A stretch of DNA of 63,845 nucleotides, filler included, from Octopus bimaculoides (taxonomy: Eukaryota), in assembly GCF_001194135.2 (NCBI RefSeq). It is 7 parts of 7 records of this genome, joined end to end, with 100 filler letters (N's around TTAATTAATTAA, not from the genome) between each part and the next. Parts side by side here need not be neighbours in the genome. Positions count along the whole stretch, not along the records: positions 1 to 11,483 come from NC_068997.1; 6 more parts are not named here. One strand, given 5' to 3'. The notes under the pieces were generated by a model. It did not search any database. It was not told where the DNA came from and worked only from the letters and a program-made list of their open reading frames with translations. The position numbers and the translations under genes were made by a program. Positions 1-11,144 of this stretch are shown here, one piece after another. Positions within the stretch are counted from its first letter, which is position 1. Each line of letters starts with the position of its first letter.

Positions 1-1200
1 TAATACCTATTATCTTGTTTTTAGCATTGAGCTCTGTTTTTAGTATTGATCTAACTCGTCTATAGTATCTTTCTTTATTTTTTATTTCATTTGTGTGTGT
101 TGTATCCTATCTAGTTCATTGATTCCTAAATATTTGTATGGCTGGCTTTCGTCTAGTTCTCTTATTTCATTGGCTTTATCTAGTGTGATGTTGCTACTCT
201 TAACTAGTTTTCCTCTTTTCAGAGTTGCTTTGGCACATTTTTCTAATCCGAATTTTTTATCTATTTCCTTGGTAAAGCCATGTACTGTCTGTAGTAGTGT
301 TTCCAGCTCTTTATCATTTCTAGCGTATAAGTTTAGGTCATCCATATATAAAAGGTGGCTGACTGTTTTGCTGTAACATTTGTATCTGCATCCAGTTCTA
401 TTTAGCAATTCAGTTAAAGGTGTGAGTGCCAGGCAGAACAGGAGTGGAGAGAGCGTGTCTTCCAGGAATATTCCTCTTCTAATGGGGATGGCTTTCGTTT
501 TCACGTGTCCCTCTTTTGTTTGGAGCTATAGCACTGTCTGCCATTTATTCATAAAGTGCCTTATGTATTTTATAATAATTGGTGCCACCTTGTTTATGGG
601 TAGTGTTTCGAGGATTCACATGTGGGGAACACTGTCGAAAGCCTTTCGGTAGTCCATCCAGGCCATACTGAGGCCTTTCTCCTTTCTGCAGCTGTCTTCA
701 GTTATGGCTTTATTGATCATTATTTGATCTTTACAGGCGTATGAGCCCTTGCAGCATCCTTTCTGCTCTTCTGGAAACAGGTTGTTATTTTCCAGGTGCT
801 TACTCAATCTCTGCGATATTATTGCAGTAAAGGCTTTGTAGATTGTAAGGAGACAGGTTATAGGCCTGTAATTTTGTGGTTTCTCCGTTTCCGTGAATTT
901 GGGAATTAAGATGGTTTTGCCTTTCGTGAGCCATTCAGACATAGTCTCTGGCTCTGCTAGTATGTTGTTAAAGTTTTCAGCCAGCTTTTTGTGCATTCCT
1001 GTAAGGTATTTGAACCAGAAGTTGGGGATCTTGTTATGCCCAGGTGCCTTCCAGTTGCTTGGTCTTTGCAATGCCTAGGTGACCTCTTCAGTTGTTATAG
1101 GGGTCCAGAGTTGCTCAGGTGCTAAGTTCGTTGTTTTAATGGTCCTTTTCTGGGGTTGTTGCTTCACCGACCATACTTCTTTCCAAAATTCTTCCACTTT
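1..1200 (-). mobile_element. R4/Dong-type non-LTR retrotransposon, RT region, 5'-truncated and degenerate, continues off the left edge
   Basis: ORFs 616-1071 (NWKAPG..IPNFW, NYRPITCL, EEQKG, WMDYRKAFDSVPH) and 82-504 (RGIF..DTLSPLLFCLAL, HLLYMDD, FGLEKCA) are successive RT motifs. Confidence 0.9.
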
Positions 1201-1212
1201 ATTATTATTATT

Positions 1213-1284
<72 letters not shown>

Positions 1285-1290
1285 TTATTC
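1201..1290. repeat. (TTA)n/(TCA)n microsatellite; (TAA)n tail of the adjacent LINE on the minus strand
   Basis: Seen directly; abuts the 3' UTR of the element at 1291-1620. Confidence 0.9.
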
Positions 1291-1620
1291 TTTTTGCATA
1301 GCTTCTAACGCTGGAGATGTATTAAGGTGTCAGCTGTTCATGACCAGTGAACTAAGGTAACACCCCTTATTTTTCAAACACCCTCTGGAGTATTGAGCGG
1401 TTCCAAGCAATGATATTTTCTGCAGGTGCTCCATCCTTATTGCTGCCCCTATTTGTTCCACGCTCCTCAAGACTGTTCCTCACTGTTCCCAGGATTTCAA
1501 CAATTATTGGTACTACTACCATCTTTTTCAGCGACCACTTAACTTCCCAGGCTAACCTGTTATATCTAACGACTTTTCTTTCTGCCTTATCGCATAACTT
1601 GTTGTCAGATGGGCATGCTA
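1291..1620 (-). mobile_element. 3' end of an R4/Dong-type LINE (restriction-like endonuclease C-terminus plus 3' UTR)
   Basis: Hand translation across a frameshift: KVVRYNRLAWEVK..VVVPIIVEILGTV..EHLQKISLLGTAQ, followed by the (TAA)n tail. Confidence 0.75.
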
Positions 1621-2920
1621 TAATATATGATCTACTTCACGGTATTGATCGGGGATACCCCCACTGGATCCAACCAGATGGTGAGTCTAGATGTGATAAA
1701 TCTGTTCACCAAACTCCCACCTGATGAAGCACTATCAGCAATCCAAGAAAATCTGGTGACAGACACCTGTCTAAAAGAACGCACTAGTATACCAATAGAA
1801 AACTTGATGAAAATGTCGACCTTCTGTGTAGAAACTACCTACTTCAGTATGGATACTGATATATATCGACAAGAAGAGGGTTTAGCTATGGGTTCGCCAT
1901 TATCACCGATAATAGCCAATAAAATACTTGGAATACTTTGAGAATTTGGCTTTAGGATCAACACCACTAAAACCAACACTATGGCTATGATATGTTGATG
2001 ACACCTTTACACTCTGGCCCTACAAGAGAGATGGTCCAGGTACTTTTAGATCATGCAAACTCAATAAAGCCATCCATACAGTTCAGAATGGAAAAGGAAA
2101 AAGACAATCAGCTGGCATTCCTGGACGTATTAATAACACGCACCAAGTATGGATCCAGGACATCCGTATACTGCAAACAAACCTTCACTGGACGATACCT
2201 CAACTTCAATTCCCACTAACCATACAGTGTAAAGAGAAGGATTGCTCAACGCCTAAAACTTCGAGCAAAGAATATAAGTAGCGATCGTGATACACACCAC
2301 GAAGAAATGATCAAGCTAAGTAACAATCTGTTAAGCAACAACTACCACCAAAACATACTATCCACTCCAATTATAAAGAGAGAGGATGAAACCCATAAAC
2401 TGACTATAGTCGGTCTATTCTATGTGAAAGGCCTCTCTGAAAAAATACAAAAGATATGCGGTCCATATGACATCAGGACAGTATTCAAGAGTAATACAAC
2501 ACTTCGCAAATATCTCCTTCGATTAAAATCACCAATAGAAGAGAATAGGAACAAAGACTGCGTGTACTCCATCCCATGCAGCCGTGGTAGGTTATACAAA
2601 AGTGAAACATGCCACCCCCTCAAAATAAGGGTAGACGAACATCGCAAAGCTGTGACACAAAGAGATATTGATAACTCGGGTATAGCTGCTCATGTATGGA
2701 AAAAAGGAGACCACCTCCACGTGTGCGATGAAGTTAAAATAATAGACAGAGAACACCACTGGAAAATACGGAAACTAAAAGAAGCAGCACATATGCTAGA
2801 ACATAATAACCTCCGAAGCAGACCGAGTGCAGATATGAGTAGCATATGGGAACCGGTATTAAGGAAGGATAGAAAAATATTAGAGTTATAAGCCCTAAAA
2901 TTCACTCCATAATTGCCCAC

Positions 2921-2982
2921 GGGCATATGGTATAGTGGTTAAAAGTGGAGGCTACCAGCCCCAAGATCCCGAGTACGATTCC
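2921..2982 (+). promoter_or_regulatory. tRNA-like segment (Pol III A box/B box) in the PLE 3' region
   Basis: TGGTATAGTGG (A-box-like) ... GAGTACGATTCC (B-box-like); homologous copy at 30063-30134 (-) has GAGTTCAATTCC. Confidence 0.65.
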
Positions 2983-3046
2983 TGAAAATAATAATAACAT
3001 CGGAAAAATACCTTAGGAATGAGAACGCAGGTTCGAAATTTCCCCA

Positions 3047-3095
3047 GGACACCTGATGAAGGCAGGAGGGTATATCAGCCTAAACGTACTAACAA
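3047..3095 (+). ncRNA. Minimal type I hammerhead ribozyme, degenerate copy
   Basis: GACAC-CTGATGA-A-GGCAG-gagggtatat-CAGCC-TAAAC-GTA; core CUGAUGA intact, GAAA changed to TAAA. Confidence 0.7.
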
Positions 3096-3899
3096 CAAAC
3101 AAGATGAGGACAAATATTCGTTGAATGTAAATAATGTACATAATTCCTCATCTCTCAAATTTAGAACTTGTTTATACATAGTTCGTAAGGATGTGAAGTG
3201 TACTTTTCAGTTACCTTTGAAGATTGTTGGAATTAAATGTTAAGAGATTAGGGGTCCAGGCAAGACTGGTATGATGCAGGATGGATCTTTGTGTTGGTCA
3301 AATATGGGGCTAGCCACTGTGTATAATTTGTTTCAGCTAAACTCTAGTGAAGGTATTGTTGATAATATTTAGTAGGAAGACAGAAGGTACAAGAGTTTTC
3401 CTCATGTCTTTCAACAAGTTAGAAGCACAGTGTCTATGAGACCATTTTCCATAAGTTGATAATATTAAGAAAATAAATTACTCTTCTTGGTTCAATTTAG
3501 AGACATATTTTTTGAAGAACATGTGTTATAAAATACTCAGAATTAAATACATATAAAACCGTTTATCCAATAAAAATAGTTATAAGATTTAACCAGTTGA
3601 CCAGAAAACCAACAACCAGGTAAATCATTACATAAAATATTTATAAAAATTCTGTGCCAACAAAATACTCATATAGTCCTTCCATTTAGATTTCCTAACT
3701 ACAGATTTCATCAGATATGCAACCATTATAGACTGAATAAACATCTAATAATCTTATTTACAGAATAGTCTATTTACTGACCTTTACTACTACAACTGGG
3801 ATGTTGCGTGATATTGAGTCAATGACTGACTTCAGAATGCCCGGTCCACCTTCAACCATTACTGCAACAGCTGGAATCATGATCGCTTTATTCTCTAAA

Positions 3900-4260
3900 A
3901 TTAAAAGAAGATATAAACTGATTAAGATACAGAATATATTTGACTAATTAATAAAATATACCTGATTAAAGTAAAACTTGTCCGATTACTGTATGAAAAA
4001 CGTACCTGACTAAATTAAAAAAGATACCCTTGGTTAAAGTACGAAGTATAATGAGATCAAGTTGTCAAGTATACTAGGTTAAGGTACGTAAATCATTTGG
4101 TTAAGGTGAAAGAAGCTATAGCTGATTAAGGTATATGATTACGTTCTAAAATATACCTGATTCACTTGTACAATATAACTCGATTTAAGTCTAAAACAGG
4201 GTATGAAATATATTCGAGTAATGTATAAAATATGGCTTGACTAAACAATAAAATCTGGTA
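3900..4260. repeat. Decayed tandem repeat, unit about 22-24 bp (approx. aaaatatacctgattaaggtat)
   Basis: Recurring variants: aaaatatacctgattaaagt, aaaacgtacctgactaaatt, aagtatactaggttaaggtac, tatagctgattaaggtat, aaaatatacctgattcac. Confidence 0.55.
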
Positions 4261-4309
4261 TCAGTTCAGCATTCTGAATTTTAAAAAAACATAAATCTAT
4301 ATCCTCTTT

Positions 4310-4520
4310 ATCATCGTCATTTAATGTCTTATAGCCAATTGGCATGGATTGGATGGTTTGACAGGAACTGGTAAGGCAGAAGATCATGCCAAGCTCAAGT
4401 ATTTCTTTTGGCAATTTTTTCTACATCTGGATGCTCTTCTTAATACCAACTGCTTTACAGAGTTCAGTGTGATTTTTAAGTGGCACCAACAGTAGTGAGG
4501 TGACCAAGTAACTTGCAGGA
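4310..4520 (-). mobile_element. RTE-type 3'-tail repeat (SINE or LINE 3' end)
   Basis: tttaatgtc..gcatggattgg..ggatgctcttcttaataccaac resembles copies at 28005, 43040, 58462. Confidence 0.5.
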
Positions 4521-4661
4521 CAAGACCACTCAACTGAGCGAGAGATTAGTGTTGAGTGAGGTGGCTTTGTGCCAGGTGATGAGAAGCTAGAATATGAATA
4601 ATGGGACAGAAACAGGTATGTTGCAGTTGAGGATATACACTGCTGCTCCAGGTGGAAACAC

Positions 4662-4698
<37 letters not shown>

Positions 4699-5148
4699 AG
4701 AGAAAGAGAAGAGAGTGAAGATGTGTTGGGGCATTCCCTCAAATTACAGGGAGGTGTGTATATGGGAATTGGTACAGAGGATTGGATAGGGTGAGTGGGT
4801 AGGTAAGTGTGAGAGTGTGAAAGGAGAGTAGAAAAGGGGAGAGGAATGCAATGAGAGGTAAACATGAGCGGAGAGAGGAGTATAGGAAGATACGGTGTAT
4901 GTGAGAGCTTCATCAGGGACACAGATTGTGTGTAGGGGTATAGGCATAAATAATTATGCCTTTTACTTAGCTAATTTTACTTAGTTGAACAGGTCCTCTG
5001 AAGCCCAAAGCACCAAGCAGTCCTTTGTCATCTCTGTGAATCTCAAAATCTGGAGGACATATATCCCTCACTTTGTCGCACAATTTACAACGACTTCCTC
5101 TTTTCCTCAGGTTCCATCAACACACATACACACAAACGCATACACACA

Positions 5149-5255
<107 letters not shown>

Positions 5256-5783
5256 AAGGACCAAAACCCTTCAAAGGGATGCTAAACATCAAAGTTCGCC
5301 TGTACAATTCAAGCAAAGTATATAAAAACAATATATTCAGTATTGGTATAATCAATAAATAAAGTATAAGGAAAGGAAAAAATACAGCCGTAGACGATCT
5401 TTTAATCTTTAATTTAAAATTGGTACAAATCCAATAAAAATTCTACAAATTTTTTCCAATCCTAATTAATTCCAAAAACAAAAACGAAAAAATCCTTTTT
5501 GAAATCAAAATTAGGCTTTTCTTCAGGAATTACCTATTGGAATGAATATGTACCACCAACAATAAATATTTATAAAGACCTTTAATAGCCCAGACAGGAA
5601 CAAATAATTAAATGAGGATAAAAGGAAATTACTCGAATGCCAAGCCGTTCAAAACCAGAAAAAAAATATAAAAAACCAACTCCAGCGTTTGATTAACATA
5701 ACAATTCATGATATATAAATATTTGATAACGACAATTGTCATTTCCGTCTAAACAACACATAAAGTTATTGAAACAAAATTTT

Positions 5784-6242
5784 GAAGGTGTGTCAGGTAC
5801 TGAAATTCATCGGAGGCCTTTAGCACAATACAGGGACAATGTTACAGCTGTCTTGCTTCTGAGTAGTGTCTGAAGTTTGCCCTGTTTTTATTGGGAGTTC
5901 ATGGCTCAAATTAGCATGTTTTAAATAGGATTTGTTCGGTAGAGGTTAGTCACATGACTAGTCTTAGAAATTTTTGTAGTTTCTCCGCTACGTCCGTGTG
6001 TTAGTATTGTGACAATGTTTGGCGTTGTAAGTCAAGGCTGATACGATTGACTGAACATGTCCAAACAATCAATGCTCTAAATGTTTTCTGCCAAATGTTT
6101 GTAAAGAATGAACACATGATTAAGTTTATAACCTTTTCTACGTTTCCCATTACGTCCGTGCGTTAGTGTCAGGTGACAGTACATTTTGCGCTTAAAAAGA
6201 GGGCCAACACGGTTGAATGAACATGTTTACTTATAATCAAGA
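5784..6242 (-). repeat. Inverted copy of the PLE 3' terminal region at 9416-9875 (about 460 bp)
   Basis: ggacaatgttacagctgtcttgcttctg and caaacaatcaatgctctaaatgttttctg are reverse complements of sequence in 9416-9875; roughly 80-85% identity by eye. Confidence 0.85.
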
Positions 6243-7073
6243 TGTACACATTTGAACAACTTATAGATTTAAAAAATCTACCCAACAGCATAAACAATAA
6301 TATTAACTTTACCATGGAATAAGGTAAAACTCGACTACCATTGCTGGATATACTAATCATCAAAAGAGATAAAAACATTGAAACAGATAGTCACCATAAA
6401 CAAGCAGATTCTAAACAATACTTACTGTTATCCTCATGCAATCCCAAACAAACGAAGAGTAATATCCCCTTTAATCAAGCAAGAATAATCTGCACAATTG
6501 CCTCAAACCCTGAAACTCGCAATAAAAGACTCCAGGAACAAGAACAAGTACTTTGAATACAATATCCATTAATATTAATAGTCAATGGAATAAAACGTAA
6601 CAAAGCAATAAATATCGAACAACTACGAAAAACGAAAAACGCTCCAGATACATCCAATAATCTACTCTTTGTTACAACATAGAACTCAAGAAACACAGAG
6701 GTTTTACAATATTAGCCACCAGAACATCCCACTACTAAAACAAGATCCAAGAATGAAACAAATATTTGAAATACACAAAATAATCAAAAGTAAAAGACAA
6801 TCAATGTCCTTCAAACAACTCTTCACAAGTGCTAAATTACCTTCCACAATTTCTACACCAATAGTCAAAAAATGTGGCCGCCCTAATTGCGGGACCTCCA
6901 TCAGCATTATTGAAGACAAAACATGCAAATTCAAGTCAGGACAATCTCTTACTGCAAAAAATCACATTACATGTTCTTCAAGGAATTTGGTATATGCTAT
7001 CAAATGTCAAGAATGTGATAAATATTACATATGTCAAACAAAGCTTACTCTAAGAAATAGACTGACCATTCAC

Positions 7074-9052
7074 GAAGGCAGCGAGCTAGCAGAAACGTTA
7101 GCACACCGGGTGAAATGCTTAGCGGTATTTCGTCTCTGTGAATTATTGTGAATTATTGTGAATACTGTTGTGTTACTTTGTGAAAACTGTCTCGGTGAAT
7201 AATTGTGATTTTTGTGGAATTATTACGGTTGCATTTCACATGAGCTGCTGCATTTTCCCCAGCTATGGCAAGTGGTAGTGTCTCCAGCATGGAGAGCTAT
7301 GCCAAGGCCACTGCGGTGAGGAAGTCAGTACCGCTAGAAACCAAGTTAATCAAGTTGGATATGGAGGAGGTGACCAGAAGCAGGAATTTGATAGAAGTTG
7401 AGGGAGACTCGTACAAATTGTGTCCCCCAAAAGAGACTANNNNNNNNNNNNNNNNNNNNNNNNNNNNNNNNNNNNNNNNNNNNNNNNNNNNNNNNNNNNN
7501 NNNNNNNNNNNNNNNNNNNNNNNNNNNNNNNNNNNNNNGAGGACAGTTGTGTATCGTACACAGGCTGTAGAAACCGGTAAAATTGAAATGGTGACGGAAG
7601 AAGAAATCGAGGAGTGCCTGGGTGAAATTGTCAATGAAGCTACGTACATCAACAGAGGAAGAAAATTCGGTACGGTTGAGGTGAAGTTCGCCACTATAGA
7701 AGAGGCAACCAAGCATGCAACCAACATATTAAGAAGTGAGAAAATAGCATTGCTACCAAGCTATAGAGGAAGAAGTGTAAAAATATGAATTCCCAGAGTT
7801 ACACCAGATATTAAACCAGAGTGGTTGGCTGCAACAGTGCTGGCTGCAACCAAGGAGGAGCCGGAATTGGGACCAGTGGCGAAAACAAAAGTGTGCAAAT
7901 GGTGGGGATTTGGACTCGAAACGTGGCTTTTTGCCACATTCGAGGACATAGAAAGAATTCCCTACCAGATAGAAGTGGAGGATGAGAAAACGTTAAATGT
8001 CGTAGTCGAGGGAAGAAAACCAAATTGTTATATATGCGGGGAGAGAGGTCATATGAAGACCAAATGCCCCCTATTCATATAGGGGGCATTTGGTCTTCAT
8101 ACAACCACAGCAAGAGAAAGCACAAGCAGAGGAGGAAAAAATTGTAGACCACACTGAGGAAATAAAAGAGAGACATAAGTGTGAAACAGAGAAAACAAAG
8201 AAGAACGAAAATGGAGCTACTAGCACTAAAAAGCACAGGAAAAATAAGTCAAAAGAACGGTCAACAGAAAACAAAAAAGAGATAAAAAAGCCAGAAACTA
8301 ATAATGTACAAGAAGAAGGGGAGAGAACGGAGAAAGATGTGAAATACAAGGAGCTTTTGATAAAGTACGAGAATTGCGAGCAGATGGAGAGAAAAGTCAA
8401 GAGGTTAAAAGAAATAATAAGAGTGAAAATGCCAGAGAAATGTGCTGAAAAATGCATTTTGATACGTGAGGAAAGATGCTTCGAGTGCATAAAAGAACTT
8501 GGTGAAAATTTAATAACGAAACAGATATGGTTGGTGGAGACACCACCCACTAGAACTGATTATTTGCAGTTGTTAAGGACGGACGTAACAATGATTAATG
8601 GAAGAAAGGTAACGCGAGTGTTTGGATTTTTTGAGTTACAAAACAGTTAAAATGTTTACATGCCGTTGAACGTAAAAGTGAAAAACTGGATAAATGTAAC
8701 CACCCGACTTCGGGGATCGAGTGGACATTGAGCCTCATTTTTTTCATTCTTGCATATTATCATTTTATTTTAATTACCCCGATTTTATGTTTGCGTTTTG
8801 TACTGTCTTTGTGTTTTGTGATGTCTTAAAAATTCTTTGTATAACTCTTTATGGGTAATAAAGAAATCGGTATTTCGTCTGCTGTTACGTTCTGAGTTCA
8901 AATTCCACCGAGGTCGACTTTGCCTTTCATCCTTTCAGGGTCGAAAAATTAAGTACCCGATATGCACTGGGGTCGATGTAATCGACTTGATCCCTTTGTA
9001 TGTCCTTGTTTATCCCCTCTGTGTTTATCCCCTTGTGGGCAATAAAGAAAGA
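7074..9052 (+). mobile_element. tRNA-derived SINE (family A) split into 7074-7135 and 8868-9052; 15-bp TSD agactgaccattcac at 7059-7073 and 9053-9067
   Basis: Head gcagcgagctagcagaaacgttagcac, B box gagttcaaattcc, body gactttgcctttcatcc, tail ccccttgtgggcaataaagaaa; TSD read directly. Confidence 0.9.
7136..8867 (+). mobile_element. ORF1-only non-LTR element (L1/Tx1-like ORF1 with CCHC zinc knuckle and charged coiled coil, no ORF2); 13-bp TSD cggtatttcgtct
   Basis: MASGSVSSMESYAKA.. (7265), LPSYRG, VVEGRKPNCYICGERGHMKTKC, K/E-rich tail to 8650; TSD at 7123-7135 and 8868-8880. Confidence 0.8.
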
Positions 9053-9954
9053 AGACTGACCATTCACCGACAACAAATACGAAACCCCAGTACTAGGCAG
9101 ATCACACTGAGTGGCCACATAGACATATATGCAAAAAATAAGTCTCCCAAATTCCAGGTCTTCCCACTCTACCGATGTTCAGTGAATACCATAGATGAAG
9201 CAGGGATAAGCAAAGAAAATACTTTCATACAAAAGTTCAAACCAATACTTAACAAACCTTAACAGAGTACATTCACAAATAACTATTCACACACAATATT
9301 CATTCTGCCACTTATCATGAGGAAGCTACAGAGATAACAACCTAAATTTTAATCATTGGACTACATACAAACGACTCCTGTGCACTCTCCCATCAGACAG
9401 ATTAAATTTGGTCTGTCTTGATTATAACTAAACATGTTCCTTCAACCGTGTCGGCCGTTTTTTAGGCGCAAAATATACTGTCATGTGACACTAACGCTCA
9501 GAAGTAGGGAAGCATCCAAAAGGTTATGATTTTTATCATGTGTTCATTCTCTACAAATATTTGACAGAAAACATTTAGAGCATTGATTGTTTGAACTCGT
9601 TCAGTCAACTGTGTCAGCCTTAACTTACCAAGCCAAACATTGTCACTTCATACTAACACACGGACATAGTGGGGAACTTACAAAAATTTCTAAGACCAGT
9701 CATGTGACTATCCTCTACCAATCAAATCCCATTCAAATCATATGCTAGTCTGAGTCATGAACTCTCAGTAAAAACAGGACGAACTTCAAACACTAGGCAG
9801 AAGCAAGACAGCTGTAACATTGTCCCCGTAGTGAGCAAAAAGCCTCCGATGAATTTCAGTACCTGGCACACCTTCCGAACAGTGAATTTGGATAAATGCT
9901 CTTTGTCCTTCTTTGGTGCACATTGCTAATGGAGTAGCCAGGTTTATACTGTAA

Positions 9955-10103
9955 AGCCAGAAGGAAAAATGGTGTGATCAGTTTCAAACTTCGTACACGT
10001 GACCACAGTAGTACCAACTATAAACACGCATGCGCAGAAGGCAGTGTGACAATAATAAAGACATATTAAGGTGAGTGCGGACAATTTTTGACTTCCCCTC
10101 ATA
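9955..10103 (-). mobile_element. Possible mariner-type MITE end
   Basis: Minus strand starts tatgaggggaagtcaaaaattgtccgcac, similar to TAYGAGGG..TCAAAAA mariner TIRs; no partner TIR seen. Confidence 0.4.
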
Positions 10104-10664
10104 CACACATACACACACATGCACACACATACACAAGCACACAGACAGGCACACACATACACACGCACACACACACACACACACTCGCACACATACACAT
10201 ACACACTCGCACACATACACGCACAGAAAGGCAGACAGATACACGTACATATATAAATCTCTTCTCCAGTTTTTCATTCTCTCTCCATTTTCCCCTCTTA
10301 TTCCTTTCCGTCGAAAAGCATAGGCTCTAAACGAAAAAGGCATCCATTTTTCTTGAGTGTTATACTAATACACCTGCTTTTTATTCCTACACCTGTCTTC
10401 GTCTTTTTGTCTTTCTATAAATATCTGTGTATGTATGCATGCATGTGTATGTGTGCATGAGTGTGTGTGTATGTGTATGCGCATGTGTGTGTGTGTGTAA
10501 AGAAATAAATGTAAAAAAAAACACCATATTGAGTTGTATCGACTTTTATCTCCTTTACAACTGGTGCTTATTAGTGTCCTTGTTTACTTTAGTGACGTAT
10601 ATACTTCTGCCTTTAGGGTGTAAAATAGCGAATTAGCCACCCATATTATATGTATATATTCTTT

Positions 10665-11060
10665 AGTCTTTTAGTTGTTTTCAGTAATTTGACTCGGCCA
10701 TGCTGGAGCAACGCCTTTAGTCGAACAAATCGACCCCGGGACTTATTCATTGTAAGCGTAGTATTTATTCTATCGGCTTATTTTGCCCAACCGCTAAATT
10801 ACGGGGACTAAACACACAAGCATTGGTTGTAAGCGATGGCGGGAGGGCAAACACAGACACACAAACAAACACACACACATATTTCTATATATATAAATAT
10901 ACGACGAGCTTCCTTCCGTTTCCATCTACCAAATCCACTTACAAGGCTTAGGTCGGCCCGAGGCTATAGTAGAAGAAACTTGCCCAAGGTACAACGCAGT
11001 GGGACTGAACCCGCAACAATATGGTTGTTTAGCAAGCTACTTATCACGCAGCCACTCCTG
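10665..11060 (-). mobile_element. Composite SINE (tRNA-like head + ccttgggcaagt body + internal CA/TA microsatellite + 3' module)
   Basis: Same two-module order as 59165-59612; head at about 10900-11060, 3' module (gtttagtccccgtaatttagcggttgggcaaaa...ctccagcatggccg) at 10665-10860. Confidence 0.8.
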
Positions 11061-11076
11061 TGCATCTATCTATATA

Positions 11077-11144
<68 letters not shown>

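Larger units (their letters stand above)
1627..3165 (+). mobile_element. Penelope-like element, family 1 copy A (RT + GIY-YIG endonuclease + 3' terminal region), 5'-truncated, frameshifted
   Basis: SLDVINLFTK, GLAMGSPLSP, FRMEKEKDNQLAFLDV, YLNFNSH, CVYSIPCS.GRLYKSET..LKIRVDEH, RKLKEA in ORFs 1627-1941, 1992-2219, 2307-2891. Confidence 0.92.
6243..9875 (+). mobile_element. Penelope-like element, family 2 (RT thumb + GIY-YIG), interrupted by a nested SINE and LINE (7074-9052)
   Basis: INFTME..LPLLDILI..KQADSKQYL..NIPFNQARIIC; NLVYAIKCQEC.KYYICQT..LRNRLTIH | RQQIR..KENTFIQKFKPILN rejoins across the insertion. Confidence 0.88.

Noticed and set aside
2921-2982. Functional tRNA gene
   Set aside because: No convincing acceptor stem, the two copies differ in the anticodon arm, and both sit in a PLE; treated as tRNA-derived
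9845-9900. CCGATGA in the family 2 PLE end as a second hammerhead
   Set aside because: No stem II followed by GAAAC in either arm copy
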